Under the pieces are notes generated by a model. It saw nothing but the letters and a program-made list of their open reading frames with translations. It was not told where the DNA came from and ran no database searches. Below, one piece after another: positions 1 to 13,215 of a stretch of 64,000 nt of DNA. The position numbers and the translations under genes were made by a program. Source of the DNA: the human T2T-CHM13v2.0 reference genome, Homo sapiens; assembly GCF_009914755.1 (NCBI RefSeq), contig NC_060930.1, one strand, 5' to 3'. How positions within the stretch are numbered: position 1 is the first letter of the stretch; each line of letters begins with the position of its first letter.

Positions 1-149
1 ACTATAAAGGTGTTATCCTTCCCACTGTTCATGAGAAAAACACGGTCCAAAATTACTACTGCTTTATTGTTCACCCAGCTCGGTAATTAGCAGCCCCCTC
101 CCCCTAAAATTTTTGGGCACAGAGATGATGTTATGAGAAAAGACAAGAT

Positions 150-1045
150 AGAAAACTCTCACACACTGTTGGTGTGGATTGATTACAACCAATCATTGTG
201 TATCAAAATATGTATTAAGGTGTAGTACTGCATAGCCTTTGACCCAGTAATTTTCACTTCCAGGTATTTAGCCCTAGGAGATAATACCACAAGTTCAAAA
301 AAGTTTATGCATAAGAGCCTTTATTATAGCATTGTTTAGATCAGTAAAAATTGAGAAACAACAAATGTTTATAGCAAAGTGTTGTGTATAGCAGGGGTCC
401 CCAACCCTGGGGGCCACAGACCAATACCAGTTAGGAATGGGCTCACACAGCAGGAGGTGGGTGGCAAGCGAGCATTATGGCCTGAGCTCCGCTTCCTGTC
501 AGATCAGTGGTGGCATTAGATTCTCATAAGAGTGACAACCCTATTGTGAACTATGCATGCGAGGAATCTAGGTTGCACGCTCCTTATGAGAATCTAATGC
601 CTGATGATCTGAAGTGGAACAGTCTCATCCCAAAACCATCCTCTGCCCCCTTCTGGTCTGTGGAAAAATTGTCTTCCATGAAACCTGTCCCTGGTGCCAA
701 AAAGGTTGGGGACGGTGGTAGAACATGTATGTGATGGTATTATGAAAACACTAAAAATGATTAATAACTATGGTAAATGTATTCACACGGAAAGATGCTC
801 AATACATTTAATTGACTACAAATAAAGTTTATAGAACAGTATATATGGTAATGCTCATTTGTGTAAAATTTTATACATGTATCTACATGTGAATATAAAA
901 TAATATCCAAAAGAATGGCCGTTAAAATTTTAATGGTAGAATCTAGAGTGATTTCTACTTTTTTCATTACTTTTCTCTGTTGCTTGAATTTCTATAATGA
1001 ACACTCAGCAATTCTGCAAAAACAATAAAGCTATTTAAAAAGAAA
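150..1045 (+). mobile_element. Old L1 (L1ME-like) 3' end, split by MER1B
   Basis: Degenerate L1 3' motifs (cctttgacccagtaatt...ccaggtattta; tttattatagcattgttt), ending in AATAAA at ~1024 and an A-rich tail. Confidence 0.6.
392..717 (+). mobile_element. MER1B (hAT-Charlie non-autonomous DNA transposon)
   Basis: Termini caggggtccccaacc ... ggttggggac; internal gcattagattctcata / tatgagaatctaatgc inverted repeat. Confidence 0.9.
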
Positions 1046-2034
1046 TGAATATGATAAGAAACTTTATATGATTACAAATGAGGCGGAGGAATTTGAAAAG
1101 GTTCTAACGATTACACCTCCATTCAGAGATGATGATAATGACAATGATGGATGAATTGTATAATAATCTTATATGATAGCAAAAACATTAATTTACAATT
1201 ATTAGGAGTAGCATTAGGCACTTAGCACTGTAGTAACAATAGTAATAAATGGACTTGGAACTGAAATTAAATAAACAAGCATGAAAGCATTTGCAAGCAT
1301 ATCGCATGGGGAGATTGAGGCCATTCTGTTGGGGAAATACGACATGACATCTGAGAATTGCAATGTCAGAGTAACAAGCAGGGTTTAACACAATTCAGGA
1401 GAGTTTGTCTTGGCGTAGGAAGAGCTTTTGAGAGGAAATGAATGTGAGAGGTGAATTTAGAAGTGTGAGGTAGACAGCTTGTTGGAGAGGAAGTCAAATA
1501 GAATATTTCATAGAGCCCAAAGTAAGGAAGATGAACATTTTTGCCTCGGGATTTCCAAAGAATAAATGTGAAATGTGTCTCCATTCTGTGGTCATGGCCA
1601 AAGTCTGCAGCCTAGCTCTGTCAGCCAGTCATACTTTCCTTCAAACGCTTTGGCAGGTACATTGTATAGAAACTACTGGAGAGAGATCCCTCATCACCAG
1701 AAATACCACGTAAGTGAAACCTTCGGGAAGCCTCTGCTATCTCTTTCAGACCACAAAGCTATTACTGAAGGCACAGCTAAAGCACTTAAAGGAATGTTTT
1801 GTTATTACCATATAACAGTCTTACAAGTAGGCCGAATCTCTTTCTGTTTAAATGTTATTTTGAAGGCATCAACCATTTCATTCCTTCCCCAGCAGTCCTT
1901 TGCTAGAGCCTGAAATCCCTTTAAATATCCGTTTTTGGGGGGTATGATATTATTGCATCTCTAAACGAGGGTCAACAAAACAGCTCTTTATCAGCCAGTA
2001 ATGACTCAGCATGGTTTCTTTGATTAGAGAATCA

Positions 2035-2616
2035 GAATAACTCCCTTATCCATAGTTTTGCCTTCTGCAGTTTCAGTTACCCATGGGCATCTGCAGTCAG
2101 AAAATATTAAATGGAAAATTCCAGAAATAAACAATTCATAAGTTTTAAATTGCTTGCTGTTCTGAGTAGCATGATGAGATCTCACTCTGGACCACTGGGA
2201 CGTGAATCCCCCCTTGGTCTAGTGGGTCCACCCTGTATACGCTACCCACCCACAAGTCATTTAGTAGCCATCTAGGTCAGTGGTTCCCAACCTTTTTAGC
2301 ACCATGGTCCGATTTCGTGGAAGACAATTTTTCCACACAATAGGCTTCAAGCTCCTAGGAGAATCTAATGCCGCCACTGATCTGACAGGAGGTGGAGCTC
2401 AGGCAGTAATGCTCACTTGCCCGCCACTCACCTCCTGCTGTGCAGCCTGGTTCCTAACAGACCAGACTGGTACCGGTCTGTGACCCAGGGGGTTGGGGGC
2501 CCCGGTCTAGGTGATCTGATCTAAAAGATAGTGTATATAGGGTTCGATACTATCTGCGGTTTTCGGCATCTCCTGGAGATCTTGGAACATATTTCCGTGG
2601 ATAATGGAGTCTGCTA
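2035..2616 (+). mobile_element. MER44/Tigger7-type TcMar element, interrupted by a MER1 copy
   Basis: cccttatcc...tttcagttaccc...aaatggaaaattccagaaataaacaattcataag start; atagggttcgatactatc...cttggaacatatttccgtggataa end. Confidence 0.75.
2278..2504 (-). mobile_element. Internally deleted MER1B
   Basis: Reverse-complement match to the 392-717 copy; hAT-type TSD atctaggt (2270-2277) / gtctaggt (2505-2512). Confidence 0.85.
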
Positions 2617-2869
2617 AACCAAGGAAATGGGATACAATTAAGATATTTTGGTGGAGCTGGAGGCCAGTCCTGTACGGGGAACTAGAGTGGGAGGCAAGTA
2701 CAGCCAAGAGTATTTTTTATGAAATACAATCTTTTAATATATAAAATCTATTTTAATTTAATATGTATATAATCTTGTTCAAATGTCAAAAATAGACAAA
2801 TGAGTTTAGCAACTCAGACCTAAGCACAACACTCATCACAGGGTGTTGCTGTTTATTTCTTATATTATT

Positions 2870-3027
2870 ATAGTTGTGATTATTTATTCTCTGCCTTCCC
2901 CTCCAATGAATAAGCTCCACGCAGGTTGGATTCCATTCATCGTGCTCACCTCTGCACCTGCTGCAGAGTGCACCTGCCACAAAGTAGGTGCTCAGTGGAA
3001 TTCAATGAGTGACAGTAGAATGAATGG
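2870..3027 (+). mobile_element. L2 3' end fragment
   Basis: taagctccac...gtaggtgctcag...gaatgaatg, typical L2 tail. Confidence 0.6.
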
Positions 3028-3485
3028 CAGCCTGGGCAAAAAAGAGAGCAAATATTCAAGAAGTGGGAGGAGTTGGGAGAAAGAAGTTGGTGGAAAGAGG
3101 GGCCCCAAGGTAGAATAACCTACTTTTGGGTTTCACCTACCTGGTATAAACATATGTATATATTATCCTGATTTTGTAAAGAAACAGTTTCTTTCTTTCC
3201 TCTATTTTTCCTACCATTCAACTTTTATAAGACAATTGAATTTTCTCTACAAAAAGCAAATAAATTACATTTACAGAGTAGAATTCAAAAGGTAAAGGTC
3301 AAAGAAAATATGAGGCTATTTAATAATGGTGGTTCTTAGCTTTTCTTTTAGATGTGTATCAGCATATATAAGTTTTTAAAATATTCCTCTTCTTTTCTTA
3401 TTTTTTTACCTCAAAATTTTGTTATAGTAAGTATTTTAACAGTTTATTTCCTATGTGTCAATATTATAGGTATCAGTTTTTGGGG

Positions 3486-3785
3486 ATTTTTTGTTTGTTT
3501 GTTTTGAGATGGAGTCTCTCTCTGTCACCCAGGCTGGCGTGCAATGGCAGAATCTTGGCTCACTGCAGCTTCTGCCTCCTGGATTCAAGTGATTCTCCTG
3601 CCTCAGCCTCCTGAGTAGGCAGGATTACAGGCGCCCACCACCACACCCGGCTAATTTTTGTATTTTTAGTAGAGACAGCGTTTCACCACATTGGTCAGGC
3701 TGGTCTCAAACTCCTGACCTCGTGATCCGCCTGCCTTGGCCTCCCAAAGTGCTGGGATTACAGGCATGAGCCACCACACCTGGCC
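3486..3785 (-). mobile_element. Alu (AluS, Sg-like)
   Basis: Full dimeric Alu in reverse; gacctcgtgatcc; flanking tatcagttttt repeat. Confidence 0.95.
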
Positions 3786-3944
3786 TCTATCAGTTTTTTC
3801 TATACTTCAAATACTGTTTTTCTATAGCACATCTTTATTCCCTGCTATAATACCTGTCAAATGACTTGTGGGGAGGGGGGAGGTATGAGAAGGAAGCGAC
3901 AACAGTTATCCCTGTCATTAATCACCCCTTCCCAAAATACAGAC

Positions 3945-4035
3945 ATTCATTTAATTAACAAATACTTATTAAATGCCTACTACTATATGCTCTGGCACCT
4001 GGGGACACAGCTGGGGACAAACAAAGTCCCTGAGA
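3945..4035 (-). mobile_element. L2 3' end fragment
   Basis: attcatttaattaacaaatacttattaaatgcctactac...ggcac. Confidence 0.6.
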
Positions 4036-4181
4036 GCTAACATCCCAATCCACTTGCAGCTAGTTTTCTCAGGATTGAGATTTATTTCTTATATAAAAGC
4101 TTGCTGAAATATTGACAATTATTTACGGATAGTACAATTGGGTTTTATTTACATTTCACATTGCAGAGATTAAAACAATAA

Positions 4182-4564
<383 letters not shown>

Positions 4565-5134
4565 AAGATATGCTTTCTAACCTAAAGATGAGTAAGAGCA
4601 GAGTTTGTAGTGAATCTCCAGAGCCTCGTGGTAGAGTGACTTGCAGTGCTGTTTCCAAGATGGGGGTGTTAAAGAGGACGCACCCCATGTACCAGTTCCC
4701 AGGATGCCATTCAGGGGAGAGAAGGAGATGTGGATGCCATTCCTTCTTTTACGTGCCTCACCCCTAGCCACAGAGTTTATCCTGAGGGCCGTAAGATCAG
4801 GGAAAAGAACTAGGTGTTCTGATTCCCTCATCTTCCCCCATTCCCACTCACAGCTTTCAACTGACTGGAAATATGAGATCTTCACATTTGTGCCTTAAAT
4901 ATTCCTGATCCCTCATGCCTAGGTTTGTGTTCCCCCAGAAGCAGACCCTGAGGAAAGGCTTTGAGTTCAAGAGGTTTATTTGGGAGTGATCTCAAGAAGC
5001 ATGGCTGAGGGAGGGAAGAAATCAGGCAGGAAAGGCAGGGCAGCGAGTTCCCACGCTTGCGTCTGCTGCGGAGCCAGTGCATGGCACGCTCCGCAACCTA
5101 GTCCAGCCCGGTGGTTGAGGGAGCTAGATACTGG

Positions 5135-5995
5135 CACCCCAGGGAAGATGGTTTCCAAACGTGAGGCCCGCAGTTCCTCCCGGCCCTGTATGCATGGGCC
5201 TGCCATTCCTCCCGACGAGAAGTGGAGTCTATTTCTCCTCTATTCATACCCAGACTAGCCTGTGACATGCTTTTATCAGGAGAAGGCAGAAAATATCAGG
5301 AGAACGGATGCTAGGCCCATTCTGAGACATCTAGAAGCTTCCATTTCCATGCTGTCTGGGGAGGCCGCCGTCATCCTGTAAATAATCTGGACTCATGTAC
5401 TAAAAAAATGAGACACCATGTAAAGAGAAAGAAGCCACAGGGGCCGGGCGTGGTGGCTAACACCTGTAATCCCAATACTTTGGGAGGCTGAGGCGAGTGG
5501 ATCACCTGAGGTCGGGAGTTTGAGACCAGCCTAACCAACAGGGAGAAACCCTGTCTCTATTAAAAAAAAAAAACAAAATATTAGCTGGGCATGGTGGTGC
5601 ATGCCTGTAATCCCAGCTACTCAGGAGGCTGAGGCAGGAGAATCACTTGAATGCAGGAGGCGGAGGTTGTGGTGAGCCGAGATCGCACCATTGCACTCCT
5701 GCCTGGGCAACAGGAGCAAAACTCTGTCTCAAAAAAAAAAAAAAAAAATAGAGAAAGAGGCCACAGGGAGGAACACCCAAGTGCCAGCCATGTGAAGGAA
5801 GCCTTCTTGGGCCCTCCAATCCTCTAGGGGCCAGCCAAATGCCATTGAGCACATGACCCAAGATCACAAAGACCTGAAGCCAGCTGAGCCCTGCCCAGAT
5901 TTCTGACCTACAGAATCATGAGAAATACGAAACTGTTGTTGTTTTACAGAGTTACTGCACACATTATTTTTTAGGAAGCATGGATATCCAATACA
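5135..5995 (+). mobile_element. MLT1 (F/G/H-like) MaLR LTR, split by AluSp
   Basis: gtggagtctatttctcct...gcctgtgacatgcttt; cagctgagccctgcccagatttctgacctacagaatcatgagaaat. Confidence 0.7.
5442..5749 (+). mobile_element. AluSp
   Basis: gtcgggagt...ggagaaacc and ggtgagccgagatcgcaccattg diagnostics; TSD agagaaaga(a/g)gccacagg. Confidence 0.95.
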
Positions 5996-6447
5996 TACAC
6001 CAATGGTCAGTCGTTGGCTGAGAGTTGCTCCCAGGGGTGTTAATTTCCTGGAAGTTCTGGCCTGCTTCATAGGTAGGCAAAGCAGCCTTCACACTACTCA
6101 GAGAAAGCCTCAGGCAGTGAAAGGAAGGTTCTCTGGCCCTTGGAGGGAGGGCTAGTGTGCACGCAACTGGCAAAGGCATGCGGATGCAGGTGGGACCCAG
6201 AGAGCCAGGGGTCTCCACTGCTTCTGATGTCAAAACGTGTTCCTTCCAATTGGCCAACTGCCCTCTCCATGTCCCAGGGCAGATTCCTGCTTCTCTAGAA
6301 ACTGAAATATGGCTTCTCCCTACTCCTGATCCCTTGAGGCTTCGAATCTGCCCATTTTTTTCCTGAAACATTTAACACTTCTATGCCAGTCAGTTTAACA
6401 ACAAATAAATTCTAACTCAGCATAAAATGTATGAGGTAATGTGGAAT

Positions 6448-6484
6448 GTGTGTGTGTGCGTGTGTGTGTGTGCGTGTGTGTGTG
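6448..6484. repeat. Interrupted (TG)n microsatellite
   Basis: Direct reading. Confidence 0.95.
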
Positions 6485-7377
6485 TTGGAAAAGCACAGAA
6501 TCAAATATATATATATCTATACAGTCTCTTTTCTCAAGCAGTTCAAAGTCTACAAAGAAACAAAAGCCAATCCAGAAGCAGTTACCATCCCGCACTGTTA
6601 TCAAGATAAAGTCACCCCATAAATGTGTTGCTTCCTAGATAAATGTAATCCTCCATCTAAGACAGAGTGCCTGCTATTTTCCTTGTGTTTCTGTTTGTGG
6701 TGATGAGGTCACCCAGAGGACTCAGTCTCTCCCCTCGTTGCCCTGGTAATGAAAAGCATGTAATTAAAAGCTGGCTGGTGAGAGCAACGAATGTGATTCT
6801 GTGACCCAAGAACAGTTTTTTCCTAAGCAAAGCTCATTAGATCACATTAAATTCACAATAGGTTTAAATTCACAAAGTGTACACTGGAATGATCAGGAGC
6901 AGGGGGTTTTAGCCAGAGAATTCCCTAAACACAGAGCAGGTTTGGAACCTGCTCCTTTGAAAATGTGAGGAACCCGAGTTGAAGTCGGCTTTTCTAGCAC
7001 TTAAGGCAGGAGTGGGGTGCAGGGGGCTCCTTGCAGGGGAGCCTGATTCTGAGGCTGGAAGCTGGGATGAGGGAGGGGTAAAGAGGGATGAGGGACCATT
7101 AGCTGTCTCTGCCGAGAGGATCTACAGTGAGGGACGTCTGGCAGATGACACAGTGGGGCTGGGCTGGAGATGACTTATTCCTGGATCACATTCGTGTTTA
7201 GATGATCAAGCCAAATCACAATTAGTTTAGTATTTTCTATCACCTAAACAGCTGCCTCAGGTCACCAGGCCAAAAGATGGGATATATGTGATTTTTTTTT
7301 TTAAGTTTCTGAAATACCAGGGCTTATTCATTCACTTCTGTTGCTGAGACAGTAGGCCTACCTCTTTTGTTGTAGTA

Positions 7378-7731
7378 CAGATTGAACATTTCTAATCCAA
7401 AAATCCTAAATGCTCAAAACCCAAAACTTCATGGCTGCTGTTATGACACAAGTGGAAAATTCCACACTGGACCTCATGTGGCCAGCAGCAGTCAAAACAC
7501 AAGTGCACCCCGCAAGGTTATCCAGCGTCCTTAAGGGAAAAATAAAATTACCTTCAGGCTTATGTGCATAAGGTGTATACGAAACATAAATGAATTTCCT
7601 GTTTAGTCTTGGGTCCCATCCCCAAGATATCTCATTATGCATATGCAAATATTCCAAAATCCAAAAAAATCCCAAAGTCAAATCCAGACGCTTTTGGTTC
7701 CAAGCATTTCGGATAAGGGATTCTCAACCTG
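7378..7731 (+). mobile_element. MER46/Tigger4 (Zombi)-type TcMar element
   Basis: Termini cagattgaacatttctaatcc ... ggataagggattctcaacctg; gtggaaaattccacac core. Confidence 0.8.
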
Positions 7732-8057
7732 AAACTGTTTTTAAAGAAAATTTCGAGGAGAAAAAAGCTGAGCAAATTCCACACTCCTTAAAAAAAAAAA
7801 AGGATCCAGACTTTTCTGTTTTGACCAGTTTGCTCTAATCACCCTCCTAAATTTTCCCGGAATGAACACCCTCAAGCAACCACTGGATTTTTCCTTCACC
7901 AGATGTTTGCCCAGAGGGCAAAAAGAAGAGTGACTAGTGAGCAGAGCAGATATTGCAGCCTGCTGTCTCCAACCCAGCGGCCGTAACTCAACTTTCAAAG
8001 GGACAACTGTGGACTCCTCATGGAAGTCTGCATAGAGTAAGATGGCTTCATATCTTC

Positions 8058-8265
8058 CTGGGTTTGAACCTGCTTGACTTTGAGCCAGCTATTTAAACTC
8101 TCTCAGCTTTCACGTTCTCACCTGAATAAAGGGATTGATAACAATACCTGCCTCACAGAGGTGTCGTCAAAGTACTTTGCATGGTGTCTGTGACATAGTG
8201 AACAGTCGTCTAGGATGACTAGTCAATGCATCTAGTCAATGCTAGCAGCTACTATCATTATTATT
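8058..8265 (+). mobile_element. MIR
   Basis: gggtttgaacc...ctctcagctttc...ataacaatacctgcctcacagag core. Confidence 0.7.
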
Positions 8266-8337
8266 CGCACTCTACACAGCCAGTGTGGGGATTAATGGCA
8301 TGATGTGCTTTGAGAGGGAAATTTCTCACTAAGCCTA

Positions 8338-8508
8338 TTTTTTGTTTATTTGTTTGTTTAAGAGACAAGATCTCCCTCTGGAACCCGGGCTGGAATACAG
8401 TGGCACACTCATACCTCACTGCAGCCTTGAACTCCTGGGCTCAAGCGATTCTCCCACCTCAGCTTCCTGAACAGCTGGGAATACAGGCGCACCTCACCAC
8501 ACCCAGCT
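8338..8508 (-). mobile_element. Alu monomer (FRAM or AluJ right arm)
   Basis: Single reverse arm with gtttt-type tail. Confidence 0.85.
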
Positions 8509-8791
8509 TCAGTCAGCCTGTTCTTGATGCCTGGAGTCCCTTATTAGAGAACTTCTCTGGTTTCCTAAATATTGTTCCTTATTTAAAATGCAACTTAGCA
8601 CCTCCAGAAGTGTCTGTAGTGCTCTCTTGTCCCCATAAATGAGTTAGTTGTGTTCCAAGATGCATTCTACCATGGGCTGAGTGTCCTGGGTTTCTCAAGA
8701 CGTATATTTCAATGTTAGGGCATATGTACACAGGCAGTTTTGGTAGGGCCCAACCTTCTTGTATATGTCAGTGCATAAGCATGGTGTGATA

Positions 8792-8955
8792 CAGAGATGC
8801 TTAACCCGTGGGCCCCAAAACAGGGCATTAGGAGATCTGTGAGTCCCTCGATATTAGATGCAAAATTGCCTTGGTGCCCTTGTACCTCTTTGGAACCAGG
8901 AAATCCATAGCTTTTATTGGATTCTCAAAGGGCTCTATGGTTAAAGATTCATGAT
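8792..8955. mobile_element. Small hAT-Charlie MITE (MER103-like)
   Basis: atgcaaaatt...tccatagcttttattggattctcaaaggg...ggttaaaga. Confidence 0.5.
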
Positions 8956-9514
8956 CATGGGAACAGCTACCTGGAACCAGCCCTCCACAGCCTCTTTCAG
9001 GTATGGTGGGTTTGCAAGGGGGCTTGGAGAGATCTTGAGGTGGTATTCCAGTCTGGGGGCAGGAAGGGATGGGTGGAGAGGCAAAGCGATGAGATCAGTG
9101 ACAGTCAGATAAGCCCAAGGGCCCTGGGTGTCCTGGTGTGTCAGGGTGAGAGAGCAGACCCATACAGAGCCAAGCCAAACCCTGCTGACTCACAGCTTTC
9201 CTCTGGAAGCTGCCCTGCAGTGAGCGTGCAGACAGAGCTTCCAAGCAGCCCGAGAAGGAGCAAGAGCTTTCTCAGCAGGCAAGGGCGAGGCTGAGGCTGA
9301 GAGTGGAGCCTCTGGCCCTGGTGCAATCCTGAGCCTCAGGGGCACTGAGTTCTAGGCCCAGCTGCCATCTGATCTCGCACCAGTTCCTCCATCTACAAAG
9401 AAGGGGATTGAGGGGCTGACACTAGAGGTTCCTTAAAGTTTCTTCTGATTCGAAAAGAATGATTCTAATGATCCCATAAGCTTCCTCTTTGAGTATTTCT
9501 TACCCAGGAGGAAA

Positions 9515-9975
9515 ATCTGACAGATTCAGGTTTTATGAAGCCTGAAGTGTATACAATTTGGGGATAGAGTTACCAGAGAAATTCCTGATGCCCAGTTAAA
9601 TCTGAATTTCAGCCAAACAAATCAGAAAATGTTAATACATATATGTCCCAAATATCGCTCATGACATACTTATACTAAAAGGTTATTCACTGTTTACCTG
9701 ATTTTCACATGTAACTGTGAGTCCTGAATTTTATTTGGTAACTCTGACAACTGTAGTTGGAATGAATTCTAAGTAAAAGAACATAAAATTAGGATTACAG
9801 AATTAAATACAAATGTGAAGGTTTATTGGAATGAGAAAAGTAATCACAGGAAGTCACCGGAGCTTTGAAGATTTAGGCCTGTTTCAGCAATTGGAACATT
9901 CTGCAACTCCTGGAACTCACAGGGATCCCCAGTAAGTGAGAGGCCTCAAGCCTCAGGTTTATAAGCATCACAGCC
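9515..9975. mobile_element. hAT-Tip100-like DNA transposon relic hosting MER53
   Basis: caggttttatgaagcctgaagtgtatacaatttgggg ... gaatgagaaaagtaatcac ... ggcctcaagcctcagg; family recalled, uncertain. Confidence 0.4.
9565..9755. mobile_element. MER53 palindromic DNA transposon
   Basis: gcccagttaaatctgaatttcag...tatgtcccaaatat...gacatacttatactaaaa...taactg self-complementary structure. Confidence 0.85.
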
Positions 9976-11064
9976 AATTCACATTTCCTGGGATGTTGGC
10001 GTCTTTTCTAAAGCCTTCTCTATTTATTACCCTAGTTTCATTGGTTCTCATGGCAGCCTCTCAAATTATACAATTGGGTATTTTTGTAACTCCATCTCTT
10101 CATCTCTTATTTTTTAGTCTTTTTTTTTATCTATTGGAGTTTGGATTTTTAGCTTTTCAATTTCATGGAAAAAACAGATTTTAAATAATATTTATGAAAC
10201 AGTATAAGCCTTGCAGTTTAGACTATTTTAGAAACATCAGATTATATTAGTTATATGGGCAACTGGTAATTTTATTGTCTACATTTTATAAAGTCTAAAA
10301 AGAGAAACAAGGAATAATAAATTTTTCTTTCACTTAGAAACTGCTTTAGAGGAACATTTAATTTTGACTGTAGCCTGCAGATATGTCAAGATCTTTGTGT
10401 ACATAAACACATATGCATATGTATATGTTCCTGAATGCTATGCAGGATTACCTTAAAGCATAACTAAGTCCTCCAAAATGATTGACCAGTAGGAAATCAG
10501 TCAAATTAGACAAAATTGTTCTGTCCTAAGCATATATTAAAATGTTTATGAGTAAAATGTATGTATATTTTAATTATCATAAATGAAGTATCCATGGAAG
10601 ATATTTTGTTATCTTTCATTTTAAATTTGAACTAGTAGGTTCAATTTTTTTCTTATTGAAAGAAAGTATTCTTGAGCACTGTTACACAGATTTCACATTA
10701 TTATAGCAGATAATGTTTTTGGCCTTGAAAATTCTTAATCTCTTCCTAATGATGGTAGCAATTGGCTTAAAATGTAATGTGATAGAAAATTAAAGTGACT
10801 ATAAAAGAAAATAAAAGTAATTTAAGATGGAAGAAAAATGTAGAACAAGATAAGCAGAAAGAAATAGAGATGAAATACCAAGAAATTAAATCTATTTTGC
10901 AATTTTTGAAAAATGGCTTGAAATAAGTTGTATAATGTATTAGTGGATCCACAGTGGTAACTGAATAAACTAGTTCACTATTCTGGATATACCAGTTTAA
11001 TAATGTCATAATTTGTGCAGCCATTTGCTTGCTTTTTCCCTCTAAAATATTTAAGGCACTCCAC

Positions 11065-11212
11065 TTGGCTGTATGTGTATAAGCATGTAATGATGGCGGT
11101 GGTGGTGGTGCTGGAATGTATAGCTGTGTGTAAGCATGTAGTCATTGTGATGGCAGTGATGGTGTGTGTGTGTGCGTGTGTGTGTGTGGTAATTGTGGTA
11201 GGGCTGGTGAAT
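11065..11212. repeat. GTG/TG-rich low-complexity repeat
   Basis: Direct reading: ggtggtggtg, (TG)n and a repeated taagcatgta. Confidence 0.8.
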
Positions 11213-12269
11213 ACCATATAACTTCTCTAATTACTTCATGATATTCATCTTGCTTTTTATTGTACAAATTAATAATTATAATTAAGTATTACTAAGGCTT
11301 TCTTTTTCTGAAATATTTAACAAGGAGTAGAATTATATCATCTTTAATCTTTAAATTTGCCTTTCTTTTTGAAAAGGCGATTAATTAAATGCTCAGTAGA
11401 TATTTATACTATCTTAAGGTTCCCAACTTTTCTTCGTGCTTTCAATTAGCTTATTTCTTGTATAGGTAATTATCTGGGCATCTTTTATGCATGCATATGG
11501 AATGTTTGTGATTTTTTGTTTTTAAACTGAGTATACAACTGCTGATGAAATTTTTATCCATGTATACAGCTTTAGCTAGGGGAAAGTAAGTAACAAATAT
11601 TGCCTCACCAAAGTACTTCTCCTTATTGTCTGACCCAAAGATATTCTACAGCTTAAAGTTGCTGAAAACATCGGCCTCTTCTTTTAGGACTATAATCTCT
11701 TTACTTACTACGCTGCTAATATATTTGTTCTTTCTCTGAGTGTATCTGCCCCAAGTTTGGTTATTATTTAGTCAGCCACTTGTCATTGTATGAGGTCATT
11801 GCATTTTCAAAATTCTTCTTAATTACAGTTATTCAACTTTATGTATAGCAGATTTCTGGAAATCCTGTTCTCCAACTTTGCACAATAAATCCTAATATAA
11901 ATTAGCTGCAGGAAATGATGCTTCACTGAAAGGCTTATACATATATATATATAGCTAAAGACAAGAATTGCGGGATACATTTTCCATCTTTTGGAAATAT
12001 GCAAAAGTGTAATTTGAAGGTAACTATTTGCATGCACAAAGATACGCTGTTTCAATAATAGCTCAAAAATAATGCATTATACAGCATTTGAACACTAAAA
12101 TGAACATTACATTTAGCAATAAGAGAAATCTATGTATTGGTCTTGAAAACATGCAAGGCTTTTATTGTTTGTTATGGGAGTTTTCAGATGCAAGAAGATG
12201 TTTTTGAATGGATAAAAGCTGCTTGAAGACGTAGTAAAGAATAGTTGAAGAATCTGACGGTTTTTGCCG

Positions 12270-13215
<946 letters not shown>

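Larger units (their letters stand above)
4915..6125 (-). mobile_element. ERVL LTR (LTR33/LTR16-like), split by MLT1 and Alu
   Basis: cccccagaagcagaccctgag...tttatttgggagtgatc at 4930-4995; continuation ttggctgagagttgctcccaggggtgttaatttcc...agagaaagcctcaggcag at 6010-6120. Confidence 0.6.
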
